From an uncultured Mycoplasmatota bacterium (GTDB lineage Bacteria > Bacillota_I > Bacilli_A > RF39 > UBA660): a stretch of DNA of 64,000 bases. The translations under genes were made by a program, and so were the position numbers. Numbering within the stretch: the stretch's first letter is position 1; every line of letters starts with the position of its first letter. Shown in pieces: positions 9,928 to 20,447 of this stretch. Location: NCBI GenBank assembly GCA_947574255.1, contig CANPJT010000002.1:273-64272 (forward strand), written 5' to 3'. The notes under the pieces are model-generated. The model saw only the letters and a list, made by a program, of their open reading frames with translations, did no database searches and was not told where the DNA came from.

Positions 9928-11015
9928 TTTTTAAACCATTCCTTAATTTTTTGTAAAAAATTAGTTTGTTTTTTTATCTTTTCATCTTTTTTACTAACAT
10001 AAATATTTACTTCCTTTAAAGTTTGATTTTTTAAATTTATTTTGACACTACCAACTTTGTCACCATTTTTAAAATCTGATATTTTTAGTAAATTAATGTC
10101 TAATGTAATGTCTTTTTTTTCGTTTCCTTTTAATAAGACATATACATCATCTTTAAGATACAATTTATTCTTCTTATAATAATTTTCTTTTTTTATTTTA
10201 AAGTTATTGGCATCAATTATTTTTACACTTGTATATTCTTTAAATAATTTTTCATATAAATCAGTATGATCTTTCCAATCATCAGGATCATTTAGAGAAA
10301 CGACAACAATATTTTTATTATCTTTTGAGGCAGTTGAAACAAGCGTTCTTCGAGCTTTTTCAGTAAACCCTGTTTTACCTCCAGTTGTATATTCGTAAGT
10401 ATTTAATAATTTATTTTTATTGGCCCAACTATAGCTTTTTTTATCAGATTTTACAACGTAATTTTTAGTACTTACTATTTTTTGATATTCTTTATTTTTC
10501 ATGGCATAACTTGTTAGAAGTGCCATATCGTATGCAGTTGAAGTATTACCTTCTCCTTTATTATTTTCTAAACCATGAGGATTAATAAAATTTGTATTTT
10601 TCATACCTAATTCTTTGGCTTTTTGGTTCATAAGACTTACAAAATTATCGACACTACCCCCAACAGTTTCAGCAATTAAAAGTGCCGCATCATTCCCACT
10701 ACGAAGCATGAGGCCATAAAGTAAGTCTTTTAATTTCATCGTTTCTCCTATTTCAATATATATTGCACTTCCATATGCCTTTAAAATTGTATCAGAAGCC
10801 GTTACATCACTTTCTAAATCGCCTAGTTCAATAGCAACAGTTGCAGTCATTATTTTAGTAATACTAGCAATTAAATGTTCATCATAAATACTTTTTTCAT
10901 ATAATATACGATTTGAATCCATATCCATGGCAATTATATTCCTAGCACTAATAGCTGATACATTTAATGGGATTAACCCTATTAACACCAAAAGAAGTTT
11001 TTTCATAAAGTTCAC
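9924..11015 (-). CDS. dacB: D-alanyl-D-alanine carboxypeptidase (sporulation-type PBP5*)
   Basis: Signal peptide plus the SxxK (SITKIMT), SxN (SGND) and KTG (GKTGFT) motifs of serine DD-carboxypeptidases. It sits upstream of spmA and spmB. Confidence 0.9.
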   Translation of the reverse strand: MNFMKKLLLVLIGLIPLNVSAISARNIIAMDMDSNRILYEKSIYDEHLIASITKIMTATVAIELGDLESDVTASDTILKAYGSAIYIEIGETMKLKDLLYGLMLRSGNDAALLIAETVGGSVDNFVSLMNQKAKELGMKNTNFINPHGLENNKGEGNTSTAYDMALLTSYAMKNKEYQKIVSTKNYVVKSDKKSYSWANKNKLLNTYEYTTGGKTGFTEKARRTLVSTASKDNKNIVVVSLNDPDDWKDHTDLYEKLFKEYTSVKIIDANNFKIKKENYYKKNKLYLKDDVYVLLKGNEKKDITLDINLLKISDFKNGDKVGSVKINLKNQTLKEVNIYVSKKDEKIKKQTNFLQKIKEWFKK

Positions 11016-11074
11016 CTAAAAAATTTTATGAGAAATGAAAAAAATAAATGCTTTTAATAAAAAAAGAAAGTCAT

Positions 11075-11551
11075 TTATTTTAGACTTTCTATTGCTTTTA
11101 TTAAATATTTACAGCTTTCACTTACGAAACTAGAATTTATTGCTTCTTCATAATCAAAAAATTTATATCCCATACATTTATCTGGCTCCATTATTTGTAT
11201 TTTTCCACTTAAGTATTTTCCATAAAATATAATAAATATCCAATTTATATTATTTTTATAACAATGATAGATTCCTAATGATCCACTTATCTCAATATTT
11301 ACTAAAGTTCCCATTTCTTCTTTTATTTCTCTAAGTAAAGCAGATTTATAATCTAAATCTTTTTTTTCTACTTTACCTCCTACATCTTCGTATAAGCCAT
11401 TTTCATCACTTGCAAGATTTCCTCTTTGTTGTAGCAAAATCTTTCCATCTTCATTTTTAATATGAATAATGACTCCAATTTTTTGATTTGGAAATTGAAA
11501 TTTTTGAATATCTGATGGTTCTATTTCTTTATCATATTTATAAAAATTCAT
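11075..11551 (-). CDS. NUDIX hydrolase
   Basis: Nudix box GGKVEKKDLDYKSALLREIKEEMG, matching GX5EX7REUXEEXGU. Confidence 0.8.
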   Translation of the reverse strand: MNFYKYDKEIEPSDIQKFQFPNQKIGVIIHIKNEDGKILLQQRGNLASDENGLYEDVGGKVEKKDLDYKSALLREIKEEMGTLVNIEISGSLGIYHCYKNNINWIFIIFYGKYLSGKIQIMEPDKCMGYKFFDYEEAINSSFVSESCKYLIKAIESLK

Positions 11552-11587
11552 TTTTTTACTTCCTTTTCTTCTAGTAGTTTTAGTTTA

Positions 11588-12400
11588 CTATTTTTTCATA
11601 TATTCATATACCATATTTTTATAATCTTCTATAAACTTTTTCTTAATATCTTCATTTATACAATCCAAATCTAAATAAGGTGCAATATCTTCTATTTCTG
11701 TTAATAAAAGAGTTTCATTTTCTAGTTTTATGAAATCTATTCTTTGTATTCCATAATAATCTTCATTTAGTTTTGCAAACTTATCTGCTAATTGTTTTTC
11801 TTTTTTGTTATAAGTATAAAAAGCTGCATCTGGGTAAACAGGAACTTTACTGGGTATAAATTCTAAAGCATATTCTAATTTATCTTTTATATAATAAAAT
11901 TGTATTTCAGATTTAAACTGCATAAATGGCTGAATAATATAATTATTATTAAATTTTTCTTTTATTTCTTCTTTTTCTACTATTATTTGTCCTAAACCAT
12001 CATAACTATCTTTTAACTTTAACATGTATTTTTGAAAATCATTTAATAAAGATAAATCTTTTAAATTATCAATACTAGGAATTACTTCATATCCTTTTTT
12101 GAATAAATCTACTAAATATTCTTTATTATTTCCATCAAATTTTCCATCAAAATTTATACGTGGTAAATTTTTTTTTATTATTCTTTTTCGAAATGCATAA
12201 TTGTTGTGAATATTTTTTATAGTTGCTTTGGAATCCCATGTATTTCTTCTAATAAAAATATCAAAAACATCTTCTAATCTTTCATCATAATTTTTATCTA
12301 CGATTGCTACTTTATGTCCATCTTTTTGAAAAGCACGAGCAAACCAGATATCTTCTAATTTTTCATCATTGTCAAAATTACTAATTATTAAAATATTCAT
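11588..12400 (-). CDS. Hypothetical protein, possibly ATP-grasp fold
   Basis: Clean 270-aa ORF. Weak ATP-grasp-like features are visible by eye (YIIQPFM, EIQFYYI, IQRIDFIKL...LTEIED). Not verified. Confidence 0.4.
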   Translation of the reverse strand: MNILIISNFDNDEKLEDIWFARAFQKDGHKVAIVDKNYDERLEDVFDIFIRRNTWDSKATIKNIHNNYAFRKRIIKKNLPRINFDGKFDGNNKEYLVDLFKKGYEVIPSIDNLKDLSLLNDFQKYMLKLKDSYDGLGQIIVEKEEIKEKFNNNYIIQPFMQFKSEIQFYYIKDKLEYALEFIPSKVPVYPDAAFYTYNKKEKQLADKFAKLNEDYYGIQRIDFIKLENETLLLTEIEDIAPYLDLDCINEDIKKKFIEDYKNMVYEYMKK

Positions 12401-12416
12401 TATTTATATTCTCCTT

Positions 12417-13451
12417 TTATCGTTTTATAATTGATTGTTTAGCAGTTATATATTTATGTATAGCAGTAAATAATTTTGGAACAAAGTTTGTATCATTAAT
12501 ATCAATTCCAATAATTAAACAAATATCGTAAATACTTTTATCGTTATATTCATGAATATGATTATTCAAATAAACAATATCTTGAAAAGCTGAATATTCA
12601 TGTGCATAAAAAGCTAATAGAGTTCCTAATATATATCTATAATTTGAGGTGATAAATTCTTCACTTAATACGCATCCTAGTATTTCGGGATTTTTTTCTA
12701 TTTTGGTTCTATTCCTTTCTTCTGCAATATATAAATTTTTATATAAAATAGTACATTCTTTTTCAAATGCTTCTTTCTTAATATTTAACAAGTATTTTTG
12801 CAATAAAGAAACTGTATTTTCATCTAAGTTGCCAAATTTAATAAAAGCTAATAAAACTATCTCGTATCGATTAAAAATATTAGAGTGTTCTTTTGTAGAT
12901 TTAATTCGATGAAAATAATCTATTTCTTCTTTATTTATTCCTTTTGCTAGTAAATAGTCGATTGCATAAAATTCAAAATAAATCGACAAAAATTCTGTTA
13001 AATATTTTCTATTTATTGAATATTTTTTTCCATTTGTATAATGAATGAATTCATGAATTAAAACTCTTACATCGTTATAATTAAAATCTCTATTAATATT
13101 AATTATTTGTTTTACCTCATTTTTTCTATACATGCTTATACAATATGAATCATCATAATCATTATTAAAACTAAAATCTAATTCTCCACTTTGAATTAAA
13201 TTATCAAACTCTTTAAGATAATTTTTATCAATCTGTTCAATAATTTCTCTAGTAAGAAGATAAACATCATCAAATGTTAAATTATTTTTAATGGTTTTAT
13301 TATCAAAAGAATCTTGCTCTATGTATTCTAAAAAAGTATCATTTAATTTAGCAATACTTAATATATTATCTAATAAAAATGAGTTTTCTTTTTCTAAATA
13401 ATTACAAATATCATTCAAATAGAAATTTAGTTTATTATAAATTTCTTCCAT
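12417..13451 (-). CDS. Putative zinc metallopeptidase (HExxH)
   Basis: 344-aa ORF with LIHEFIHYTNG (an HExxH motif). The family is not recognised. Confidence 0.45.
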   Translation of the reverse strand: MEEIYNKLNFYLNDICNYLEKENSFLLDNILSIAKLNDTFLEYIEQDSFDNKTIKNNLTFDDVYLLTREIIEQIDKNYLKEFDNLIQSGELDFSFNNDYDDSYCISMYRKNEVKQIININRDFNYNDVRVLIHEFIHYTNGKKYSINRKYLTEFLSIYFEFYAIDYLLAKGINKEEIDYFHRIKSTKEHSNIFNRYEIVLLAFIKFGNLDENTVSLLQKYLLNIKKEAFEKECTILYKNLYIAEERNRTKIEKNPEILGCVLSEEFITSNYRYILGTLLAFYAHEYSAFQDIVYLNNHIHEYNDKSIYDICLIIGIDINDTNFVPKLFTAIHKYITAKQSIIKR

Positions 13452-13641
13452 TTTTTCCTGAACCTCTATAATAGTTAAATTTTTCTACAGCATTTGTAAA
13501 GTCTATCACTTAATTAACCTTCTTTCTTAAATAAATGATAGCATAAATTAATAATAATAAAAAGAACGATTATTCGTTCTAGAAAGTTGAATTATATATA
13601 TTATTTATCTGTATATTTTATATAAAAAATACAAATGATTG

Positions 13642-14187
13642 TTAATCATTTGCATAATTATAAATACCATGGATTTTTTCTAAGTCTTCAGTACTAATAT
13701 TATCAATAGTCCATTTACCATCTTTTTTTACTACTTTGAAATCAATTGTATATTCTGTTCTTTCATCGCTTTTTTTCATTTCTTTTATTTTGTAATCTAA
13801 GAATTTTTTTACATCATATTTTTTATCCTCATCAGTAAATTCTTCTTCATGTTCATTCTTATACTCTTCGGCATTTTTTTGAGCTTTATATAAATCATAA
13901 ACAGTTATTTTAGTTGTAACAGTAGCTTCATCACCATTATAAGTTTCATCAACTATCTCATATTTTAAATCAGTATATTGTTTTTTCATAACTTCTTTGT
14001 AAGATTCACTTTGTTCATCAGTAAATTCTTCTTCTTTTACTAAACTATCTAATTCAACTAATATTTCTGGATCTTGGTTATTATATTTTCCAAGATATTC
14101 TTTTACAGCATCGCTTGCTTTAGTCATGGTACAAGCACATCCTACTACCGCGATTAAACTAATTAAAAACAAAGCTAATTTTTTCAT
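13642..14187 (-). CDS. Lipoprotein, unknown function
   Basis: Signal peptide with lipobox (LISLIAVVGC). The mature part is acidic and Lys-rich. Confidence 0.7.
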   Translation of the reverse strand: MKKLALFLISLIAVVGCACTMTKASDAVKEYLGKYNNQDPEILVELDSLVKEEEFTDEQSESYKEVMKKQYTDLKYEIVDETYNGDEATVTTKITVYDLYKAQKNAEEYKNEHEEEFTDEDKKYDVKKFLDYKIKEMKKSDERTEYTIDFKVVKKDGKWTIDNISTEDLEKIHGIYNYAND

Positions 14188-14269
14188 TCATACCTCTCCT
14201 TTATTCTTTATTTTTGACAATTATTTAAAAATTATTCACATTATGATAGAATACTTATAGGTGATTTTT

Positions 14270-15253
14270 ATGAAAAGATTATTGACAGGTTTACAACCAA
14301 GTGGTGAACTAACTTTAGGTAGCTTTATAGGAGGCATTAAACAAAGTGTTGAGTTTCAAGATAAATATGATTCTTTTATATTTGTTCCAGATTTACATGC
14401 TATAACGGTTCCTCAAGATCCAGAACTTTTAAAGACAAGAATTAAAAAAAATGTAGGACTTTATTTAGCATGCGGAATTGACCCAAAGAAGAATACTATT
14501 TATTTACAGTCAGAAAATTTATATCATACTAATTTATCATGGATTTTAGAATGTCATACTTATATGGGAGAAGCTAGTAGAATGACTCAATTCAAAGATA
14601 AAAGTAAACGATATGGAAATGTTAGTGTAGGACTTCTTACTTACCCTATTTTAATGGCAGCTGATATTCTTCTTTATAACGCTGATTTTGTTCCAACAGG
14701 CATTGATCAAAAACAACATGTTGAACTTGCCAGAGATTTAGCAGAAAGATTTAATAATAAATATGGTGAAACTTTTATAATTCCTGAACCTTTAATTCCA
14801 GAGGTTGGATCTAAAATAATGGATTTACAAAATCCTACAAAGAAAATGAGCAAATCTAGTGAAGATACTAAAGGATTAATTTTTCTTTTAGATAGTGAAG
14901 ATGTTATTCGTAAAAAAATAATGTCAGCTGTAACTGATAGTGATAATAAAGTCTATTATGATATTGAAAAAAAACCTGGAATATCTAATCTTTTAACAAT
15001 CTACTCTGCTCTAAGTAATTTAAATATTAAAGAAGTAGAAGAAAAATTTAAAGATTCTAATTATGGAAATTTAAAAAAGTGTGTTGCTGATTTAGTTGTA
15101 GAAAAATTATTGGAAATTCAAAAAAAATACCATGAATATATGGATTCTGGTATGGTTGATAAAGTTTTAGATGAAGGTTTAAAAACTGTTGAAAAATTAG
15201 CAAAAGAAAAATATAATGAAGTCTTAAAAAAAGTAGGTTTAGGTCGAGTTTAA
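14270..15253 (+). CDS. trpS: Tryptophan--tRNA ligase
   Basis: Class I aaRS TrpRS pattern: GLQPSGELTLGSFIG, GIDQKQH and KMSKS (KKMSKSS), ~327 aa. The ORF track begins at GTG 14261, but ATG 14270 (MKRLLTG) is the more likely start. Confidence 0.92.
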   Translation: MKRLLTGLQPSGELTLGSFIGGIKQSVEFQDKYDSFIFVPDLHAITVPQDPELLKTRIKKNVGLYLACGIDPKKNTIYLQSENLYHTNLSWILECHTYMGEASRMTQFKDKSKRYGNVSVGLLTYPILMAADILLYNADFVPTGIDQKQHVELARDLAERFNNKYGETFIIPEPLIPEVGSKIMDLQNPTKKMSKSSEDTKGLIFLLDSEDVIRKKIMSAVTDSDNKVYYDIEKKPGISNLLTIYSALSNLNIKEVEEKFKDSNYGNLKKCVADLVVEKLLEIQKKYHEYMDSGMVDKVLDEGLKTVEKLAKEKYNEVLKKVGLGRV

Positions 15254-15894
15254 ATTACTTTGTAATAGGATTTTTTTATTAAATCATAAACTCTTTTTTG
15301 ATTATCATCAAAACTATTTTTTAAAGATTTTTTCATTATTTTATAAATTTCTTCGAAATTATCATTTAAAGTATTAAACCATTCATAATATAAATATTTT
15401 AATTTACTAATATTTTTAGATTCATAAAGTGTGTTTATTTCACAATTTATGAGTTTTTTTATTTCTTCAATTTGACGAATATTTTGAATATTTTTAAATT
15501 TAGAAATTTTTTCATATTCTATTTTTGATTCTTTCATTGTAAACATTACTTCATTTAAATTAATTTCATCTGCTAAAAGTAATTTACTCCTACTTATTAC
15601 TACTCCTTCATCATCTAATTCTAAAGCTAAAGCATCTTTTGTATCGCTTACTAAAAAAGTATTTTTTAAAGTCTTAGATGAATTTTTTAATATTGTTTTA
15701 TTTTTTATTTCTTCAATTAGTTTTTGAGAAAATTTAACTTTATATTTAAATAAATTTTGTAAATCTGTTGTAGTTATGCGATATAAAGGAATTTTTTTTA
15801 TATAATCAAGATTGTCATTTTCCTCCCATTCATAAAAATTATATAAATTTATGCTATCTTGAAAATTTAGAAGAATGTCGTAATAATAGTACAC
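15250..15894 (-). CDS. Hypothetical protein
   Basis: 214-aa ORF converging on trpS with a 4-nt overlap. No motif recognised. Confidence 0.5.
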   Translation of the reverse strand: MYYYYDILLNFQDSINLYNFYEWEENDNLDYIKKIPLYRITTTDLQNLFKYKVKFSQKLIEEIKNKTILKNSSKTLKNTFLVSDTKDALALELDDEGVVISRSKLLLADEINLNEVMFTMKESKIEYEKISKFKNIQNIRQIEEIKKLINCEINTLYESKNISKLKYLYYEWFNTLNDNFEEIYKIMKKSLKNSFDDNQKRVYDLIKKSYYKVI

Positions 15895-16090
15895 TTTTAA
15901 TCCATCCTTTCAATGAAAATATTATTATAATAATACCAAAAAAAAATAATAAACATTCAAACCTTATAGTAATAAAGTGGACATATTCTAAAAAATTATA
16001 CCCTAAAGTAAATAAGTTTAAATAAAGAAAAATAAACATTAAGCCAATACTAGTTGTTATAATACCTAATAATAAACCAAATATATTCAT
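15854..16090 (-). CDS. Small membrane protein (two predicted TM helices)
   Basis: 78-aa hydrophobic ORF. It overlaps the start of the downstream ORF by 41 nt, so its true boundaries are uncertain. Confidence 0.4.
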   Translation of the reverse strand: MNIFGLLLGIITTSIGLMFIFLYLNLFTLGYNFLEYVHFITIRFECLLFFFGIIIIIFSLKGWIKSVLLLRHSSKFSR

Positions 16091-16158
16091 TTTCGCTCCT
16101 TTATAATATTTTATTTCTTATTCTTAAAATTTATTATATAATTAATTAGGTGATAATC

Positions 16159-16968
16159 ATGAAATATATTATTTATATTCTTTTAGGTATTTTACAAGGT
16201 TTTACAGAACCATTACCGATTTCTTCTAGTGGACATTTATTTTTATTTAAAAATATTTTTAATACTAATATGCTTAATGATTTAAATTTTGAAATATTTG
16301 TTAATTTTGGTTCTTTTTTAGCTATTTTACTTATATTTTTTAAAGATATTATAAATCTTATTAATGATTTTTTTACTTATTTATTTAATAAAAAGAAACG
16401 CAAAGAAAGTGTTAATGGATTTAAATATTGTATGCTTATTTTAATTGGCAGTATCCCTGTTGGAATTGTAGGTGCTTTATTTAAAGACCAAATCGAAAGT
16501 ATTTTAAGTATTAAATTTTTGGGTTTTGCTTTTTTAATAACAGCAATAAGTTTATTTTTAGTAAAAAACGTTAAAGGAAATAAAGATGATAAAGATATAA
16601 CTATTAAAGATGCTATTATTATTGGTCTTCTCCAAATGGTTGCTTTAATTCCTGGAGTTAGCCGTAGTGGTGCTGTTTTAGTTGGTTGTCTACTTTGTAA
16701 ATTAAAACGAGAATCAGCATTAAAGTATACTTTTATGCTTTATTTCCCTGTTAGTATCGCTTCGATGGGATTAGGAGTATTAGACTTTTTAGAAAATCCA
16801 GCAAGTTCTAGTTTAATTTTATCATATTTTTTAGGAATGTTTGCAGCAGGAGTTGTGACATATTTTTCATACAAATGGTTAAGTGAATTAGTTAAAAAAG
16901 GAAAATTGTGGAAGTTTTCAATTTATTGTTTTATTCTCGCAATATTTATATTTATATATTTTAGATAA
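16159..16968 (+). CDS. uppP: Undecaprenyl-diphosphate phosphatase
   Basis: BacA/UppP motifs: GFTEPLPISSSGHL and PGVSRSG. ~270-aa polytopic membrane protein. ATG 16159 is preferred over the track's GTG 16150. Confidence 0.9.
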   Translation: MKYIIYILLGILQGFTEPLPISSSGHLFLFKNIFNTNMLNDLNFEIFVNFGSFLAILLIFFKDIINLINDFFTYLFNKKKRKESVNGFKYCMLILIGSIPVGIVGALFKDQIESILSIKFLGFAFLITAISLFLVKNVKGNKDDKDITIKDAIIIGLLQMVALIPGVSRSGAVLVGCLLCKLKRESALKYTFMLYFPVSIASMGLGVLDFLENPASSSLILSYFLGMFAAGVVTYFSYKWLSELVKKGKLWKFSIYCFILAIFIFIYFR

Positions 16969-17024
16969 ATAAAAAAGGAATCAATTTAGTTTTGATTCTT
17001 TTTTTATTTATTTCATACTATTTT

Positions 17025-18273
17025 TTAGCTTTCTAAAACAAACGGTGTTGTGCTTGAGCCATCGCTCTCACTCTTAATTCCTATCTTTGAATCTAGATAT
17101 ACGACTGGATAAACGGCTCTATTTCTATTAGAATCATTATTATGAACAGCTCCGTAAGTTTCAACATAGAAAACACTACTACTATTCAAACCAGGCATTA
17201 ATGTCCATTGTTCTTTATCACTTTTAAATAGCCAGTCATTAATATAACAGCGACTACCACCATGCCAATAATTACTAGTACTTAAATTAAAACTTAAACA
17301 TGTTTCTCTACTTGTTGCTTCGCCTCCCGCAGTTGCATATCCGTAATCACTTGGATACATTAAGCCAACAAGCCCTGTCCATTTTGTTGCATGACCACTA
17401 TATATTGTTGTCCCTCTTTCTTGAAAATACGAATCAACCGCTTTATAACTTAAATTAATATTCCCACCACCTAAACTCCATACTGATTTGCTTATCATGT
17501 TCATGGCATTAACAGTTAAACCAGTCTCACTAAAATCACATGCTGTTGTTGCTCCATTACTTCCACTTGGACAATCTCCACTTGTTCTATTATAGTAGGC
17601 TCCTTCATTTAAGACTTTTTTTAAAGCACTTGTACTCCAATTATTATTTCCAAAAAAACCTACATTGTCCCATGCATATGAGCCTATTTTCTCACTTCTT
17701 ATTAGTTTTACCTTATCTGAGACTGTTCCATCAGCATTCTTTATATCTTTCATTACTCCTATTATTCGCCATTTTTCACATGTACTTTCATCATTTGAAT
17801 CTGTACAATTAAAATTTACGTAGTTATTAGGATCTGCTCCAATGTACCTTAAGTTGCCATAATCGTCTTCTACTATCTCTTCTGATGTTTTAGATAATCT
17901 TTTTAAGGTTCCTACAAAACTATTGTCTCTAAAATCAATATTACAACTTATTTCTGTATTATTATTAGTATTTATATTTATTAATCCCCATAAATCCTCA
18001 TTCCATTCGGCTGTTACGCCATCTTCACATGTTACGCTATTTACCGTATATTTACTGCCCTTTGTCGGAAATACATTTCTTACTTTGGTTCCATCTATAG
18101 TATACGCTATCTCACTTGTTTGGTTTGCATTATATATTTTAGTATAATCATCCTGGTATAAGTTATCTCTCTTATATAGTACTACTGTACCCCCCCCCCA
18201 GGATGATTAATGCACCTAGAGTTAGGAGGGTATTCTTTAATTTTTTATTTTTCTTAAAATTTTTTAGTTTCAT
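17025..18273 (-). pseudogene. Frameshifted (phase-OFF as sequenced) membrane-anchored secreted protein of unknown family; paralog of 63196-64000 and distant paralog of 33041-34180
   Basis: ATG at 18271-18273 follows the RBS AGAGGGA and encodes MKLKNFKKNKKLKNTLLTLGALIILGGG. After a G10 run (plus-strand C10, 18190-18199) this frame stops. The +1 frame is open from the run through the track ORF 17025-17753 (TVVLYKRDNLYQ...DPNNYVNFNCTDSNDESTCEKWRIIGVMKDIK...). A G9 run would give one ~415-aa ORF. Confidence 0.8.
18190..18199. repeat. C10/G10 homopolymer tract inside the 5' end of a coding region
   Basis: The sequence reads gta-cccccccccc-agg at 18190-18199. It is the only long G/C homopolymer I noticed in this very AT-rich window. 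Confidence 0.95.
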
Positions 18274-18342
18274 TTTTATCCCTCTTTCTATTATTTAGAT
18301 TATATCATACTTTTTTATTCTTACAATACTAATTTTAAATTC

Positions 18343-19407
18343 TTATTTATGCTCCAATTTTTCTATATCAACACTATTTATTGAGTTAAATCTTTTAGTT
18401 ATTTTCTCTGTTGTTATATTAATATCTTTAACATCTTTTGTCACTGTGTCAATACTTCTTGATAGTTTATCCCAACGTTCTTTATAGCGGTCAAATTCAA
18501 AAGATAATTTATTTAATTCTTCATGAATAACTTTAGCATATTTGTCTCTTTCCATATTTTTTAATATCATACTAATAGTGGTTAAGGTGCTCATTAATGT
18601 TGTAGGACTAGTAATCCAAACTTTTTTATTATATGCTTCTTTTATTAAATCAGAATGATAAGCATTAAGTTCTGCAAATATTGCTTCTGCAGGTAAAAAC
18701 ATAATAGCTTCACTTGCTGTTTCTCCAGGAACAATATATTTTGAACTAATAGCTTCAATATGTTTTTTTACATCTATTTTAAATTGTTTTGTAGCATTAT
18801 CTCTTATTTCTTTTGGAAGAGTTTTATCAGTCATTTTTTGATAATTTTCTAAAGGAAATTTAGAATCTATACAAATTGTTCCTAAAGGAGCTGGAGCATA
18901 CAAAATTGCATCTGCAATATTCCCATTTTTTAGCTTATGTTGAATTTCATATATTCCACGCGAATTATCACCAAAAATATTAGTTAGAATATAATTTAGA
19001 TTTACTTCACCAAATATTCCTCTAGTTTTTTTATCAGTTAAAACACTTTGAAGTGAAACTATTTCTGAAGATAATCCATCTATCTTTTTTTGAGCTTCGT
19101 CAATTTTAGATAATCTTTCTAAAATATTATTAAAAGTTTTATTAGATTTTTGAAAATTATCTTCTAATCTTTCATTTACTTTATCATTTATATAATTTAA
19201 TTTATTAATTATTACTTCATTTAAATGTTCAAAATCATTTCTTAAGTTATTAGAAAACCCTAATTTAAATTCTCCTATTTCTTTGGTTATATTAGTTTCA
19301 AAACGACCTAATCGTTCTGTTACATCATTATTATCTTTTTTTCTTACTAAAATTATTATTATTAATATAATAATTAGAATTAATAATCCAATTATTATGT
19401 ACTCCAT
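18343..19407 (-). CDS. rmuC: DNA recombination protein RmuC
   Basis: N-terminal TM, a long coiled-coil and a C-terminal RmuC-type region (ICIDSKFPLENY...AIMFLPAEAIFAEL...VWITSPTTLM). Confidence 0.85.
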   Translation of the reverse strand: MEYIIIGLLILIIILIIIILVRKKDNNDVTERLGRFETNITKEIGEFKLGFSNNLRNDFEHLNEVIINKLNYINDKVNERLEDNFQKSNKTFNNILERLSKIDEAQKKIDGLSSEIVSLQSVLTDKKTRGIFGEVNLNYILTNIFGDNSRGIYEIQHKLKNGNIADAILYAPAPLGTICIDSKFPLENYQKMTDKTLPKEIRDNATKQFKIDVKKHIEAISSKYIVPGETASEAIMFLPAEAIFAELNAYHSDLIKEAYNKKVWITSPTTLMSTLTTISMILKNMERDKYAKVIHEELNKLSFEFDRYKERWDKLSRSIDTVTKDVKDINITTEKITKRFNSINSVDIEKLEHK

Positions 19408-19415
19408 AAATCCTC

Positions 19416-20009
19416 CTAATCAAAATTAAATTTCTTACTGACTATTTTACTAGAAATGTAAGCTATTATCATTAAAATTACTACTTTTAGTAAAGCAATT
19501 GGATGAGTTAAACTTTGGATTAAGCTTGTCCCAACAAATCCCCAAAATAAAACTAAAAATATTTTACCAATTAATAAAGCGGTTAAGAACTTTTTAGTAG
19601 GTATTTTAGATAGTCCTGCGGCGATATTTATCATAAATGCCGGAGTAAAAGGAACTGCTATTATTACTGCTAATTGTTCTAATTTAATAGTATCAATCAT
19701 TTTCATTATTTTTTGAAATTGAAGATTATTTTGTATTTTTCCATCAAACCAATTTTTTATTTTTTTACGAAATATAAAGAAAGACAATAAACATCCTAAT
19801 ACGGTAAATATCCAAGATATTATAAAACCAATAATATTACCAAACACTAAAAAATTAATTGTTATAAAAACGAATAAAGGTAATACTGGAACAATAGATT
19901 CTATTAAAATTAAAAAGCATCCTAGTATTGGGCCAAATATCCCCATACCTAATAAAAAATTATTAATTAAATCATCAAAGTTATTCATAAATTCTAACAT
20001 AATCATCAC
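19416..20009 (-). CDS. TVP38/TMEM64 (DedA/SNARE-associated) family membrane protein
   Basis: 197-aa polytopic membrane protein with a pattern typical of this family (ESIVPVLPLFVFITINFLVFG...FTPAFMINIAAGLSKI). Confidence 0.65.
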   Translation of the reverse strand: MMIMLEFMNNFDDLINNFLLGMGIFGPILGCFLILIESIVPVLPLFVFITINFLVFGNIIGFIISWIFTVLGCLLSFFIFRKKIKNWFDGKIQNNLQFQKIMKMIDTIKLEQLAVIIAVPFTPAFMINIAAGLSKIPTKKFLTALLIGKIFLVLFWGFVGTSLIQSLTHPIALLKVVILMIIAYISSKIVSKKFNFD

Positions 20010-20154
20010 TTTATTATTATAACATATTATAAAGAAAATTATTTACTTATGATACTAATATTTTCTAAAGTTTTTTAAAAATAAAAGAAATATATACAAT
20101 TTTGTTAAATTATATAACATTTCTTTTTATATGTATTTAATTCATAAATTTAAG

Positions 20155-20433
20155 TTATTTTAAGTCGTTTCTTATTACTTGAGTAACATCATATCCATAA
20201 AATTCTAAAATACTTACAGCTTTTTGACTGTGAATTCCTTTTGAACAAGTTAAATAATATTTTTTATTTTTATCTAAAAGTTCTTTATAATTTAACAAAA
20301 GTTTTTGATATGGAATATTGACACTACCAGAAATTTTTTTTTCTTCATAAATTGTTGGATCCGATAAATCAATCAATAACCCCATACTTTTATTATATGT
20401 ATTTAAATCTATTCTTTTCATTTTTTTCACCAC
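20155..20433 (-). CDS. Rhodanese-like domain protein
   Basis: 92 aa with SGSVNIP and an active-site loop CSKGIHSQ. Confidence 0.7.
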   Translation of the reverse strand: MVKKMKRIDLNTYNKSMGLLIDLSDPTIYEEKKISGSVNIPYQKLLLNYKELLDKNKKYYLTCSKGIHSQKAVSILEFYGYDVTQVIRNDLK

Positions 20434-20447
20434 TTTATTATATGAAA

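Noticed and set aside
12649-12912. Plus-strand ORF 12649-12912
   Set aside because: It is antisense inside the 344-aa HExxH ORF and looks like a compositional artefact.
14188-14269. Possible T-box or other leader upstream of trpS
   Set aside because: Only ~75-80 nt separate trpS from the divergent lipoprotein gene. No GGUGGUACCGCG-like box or terminator hairpin is present, and the space is too short for a T-box.
17540-18147. Plus-strand ORFs 17540-17812 and 17923-18147
   Set aside because: They are antisense to the frameshifted secreted-protein gene, whose minus-strand frame is open and paralogous to 63196-64000.
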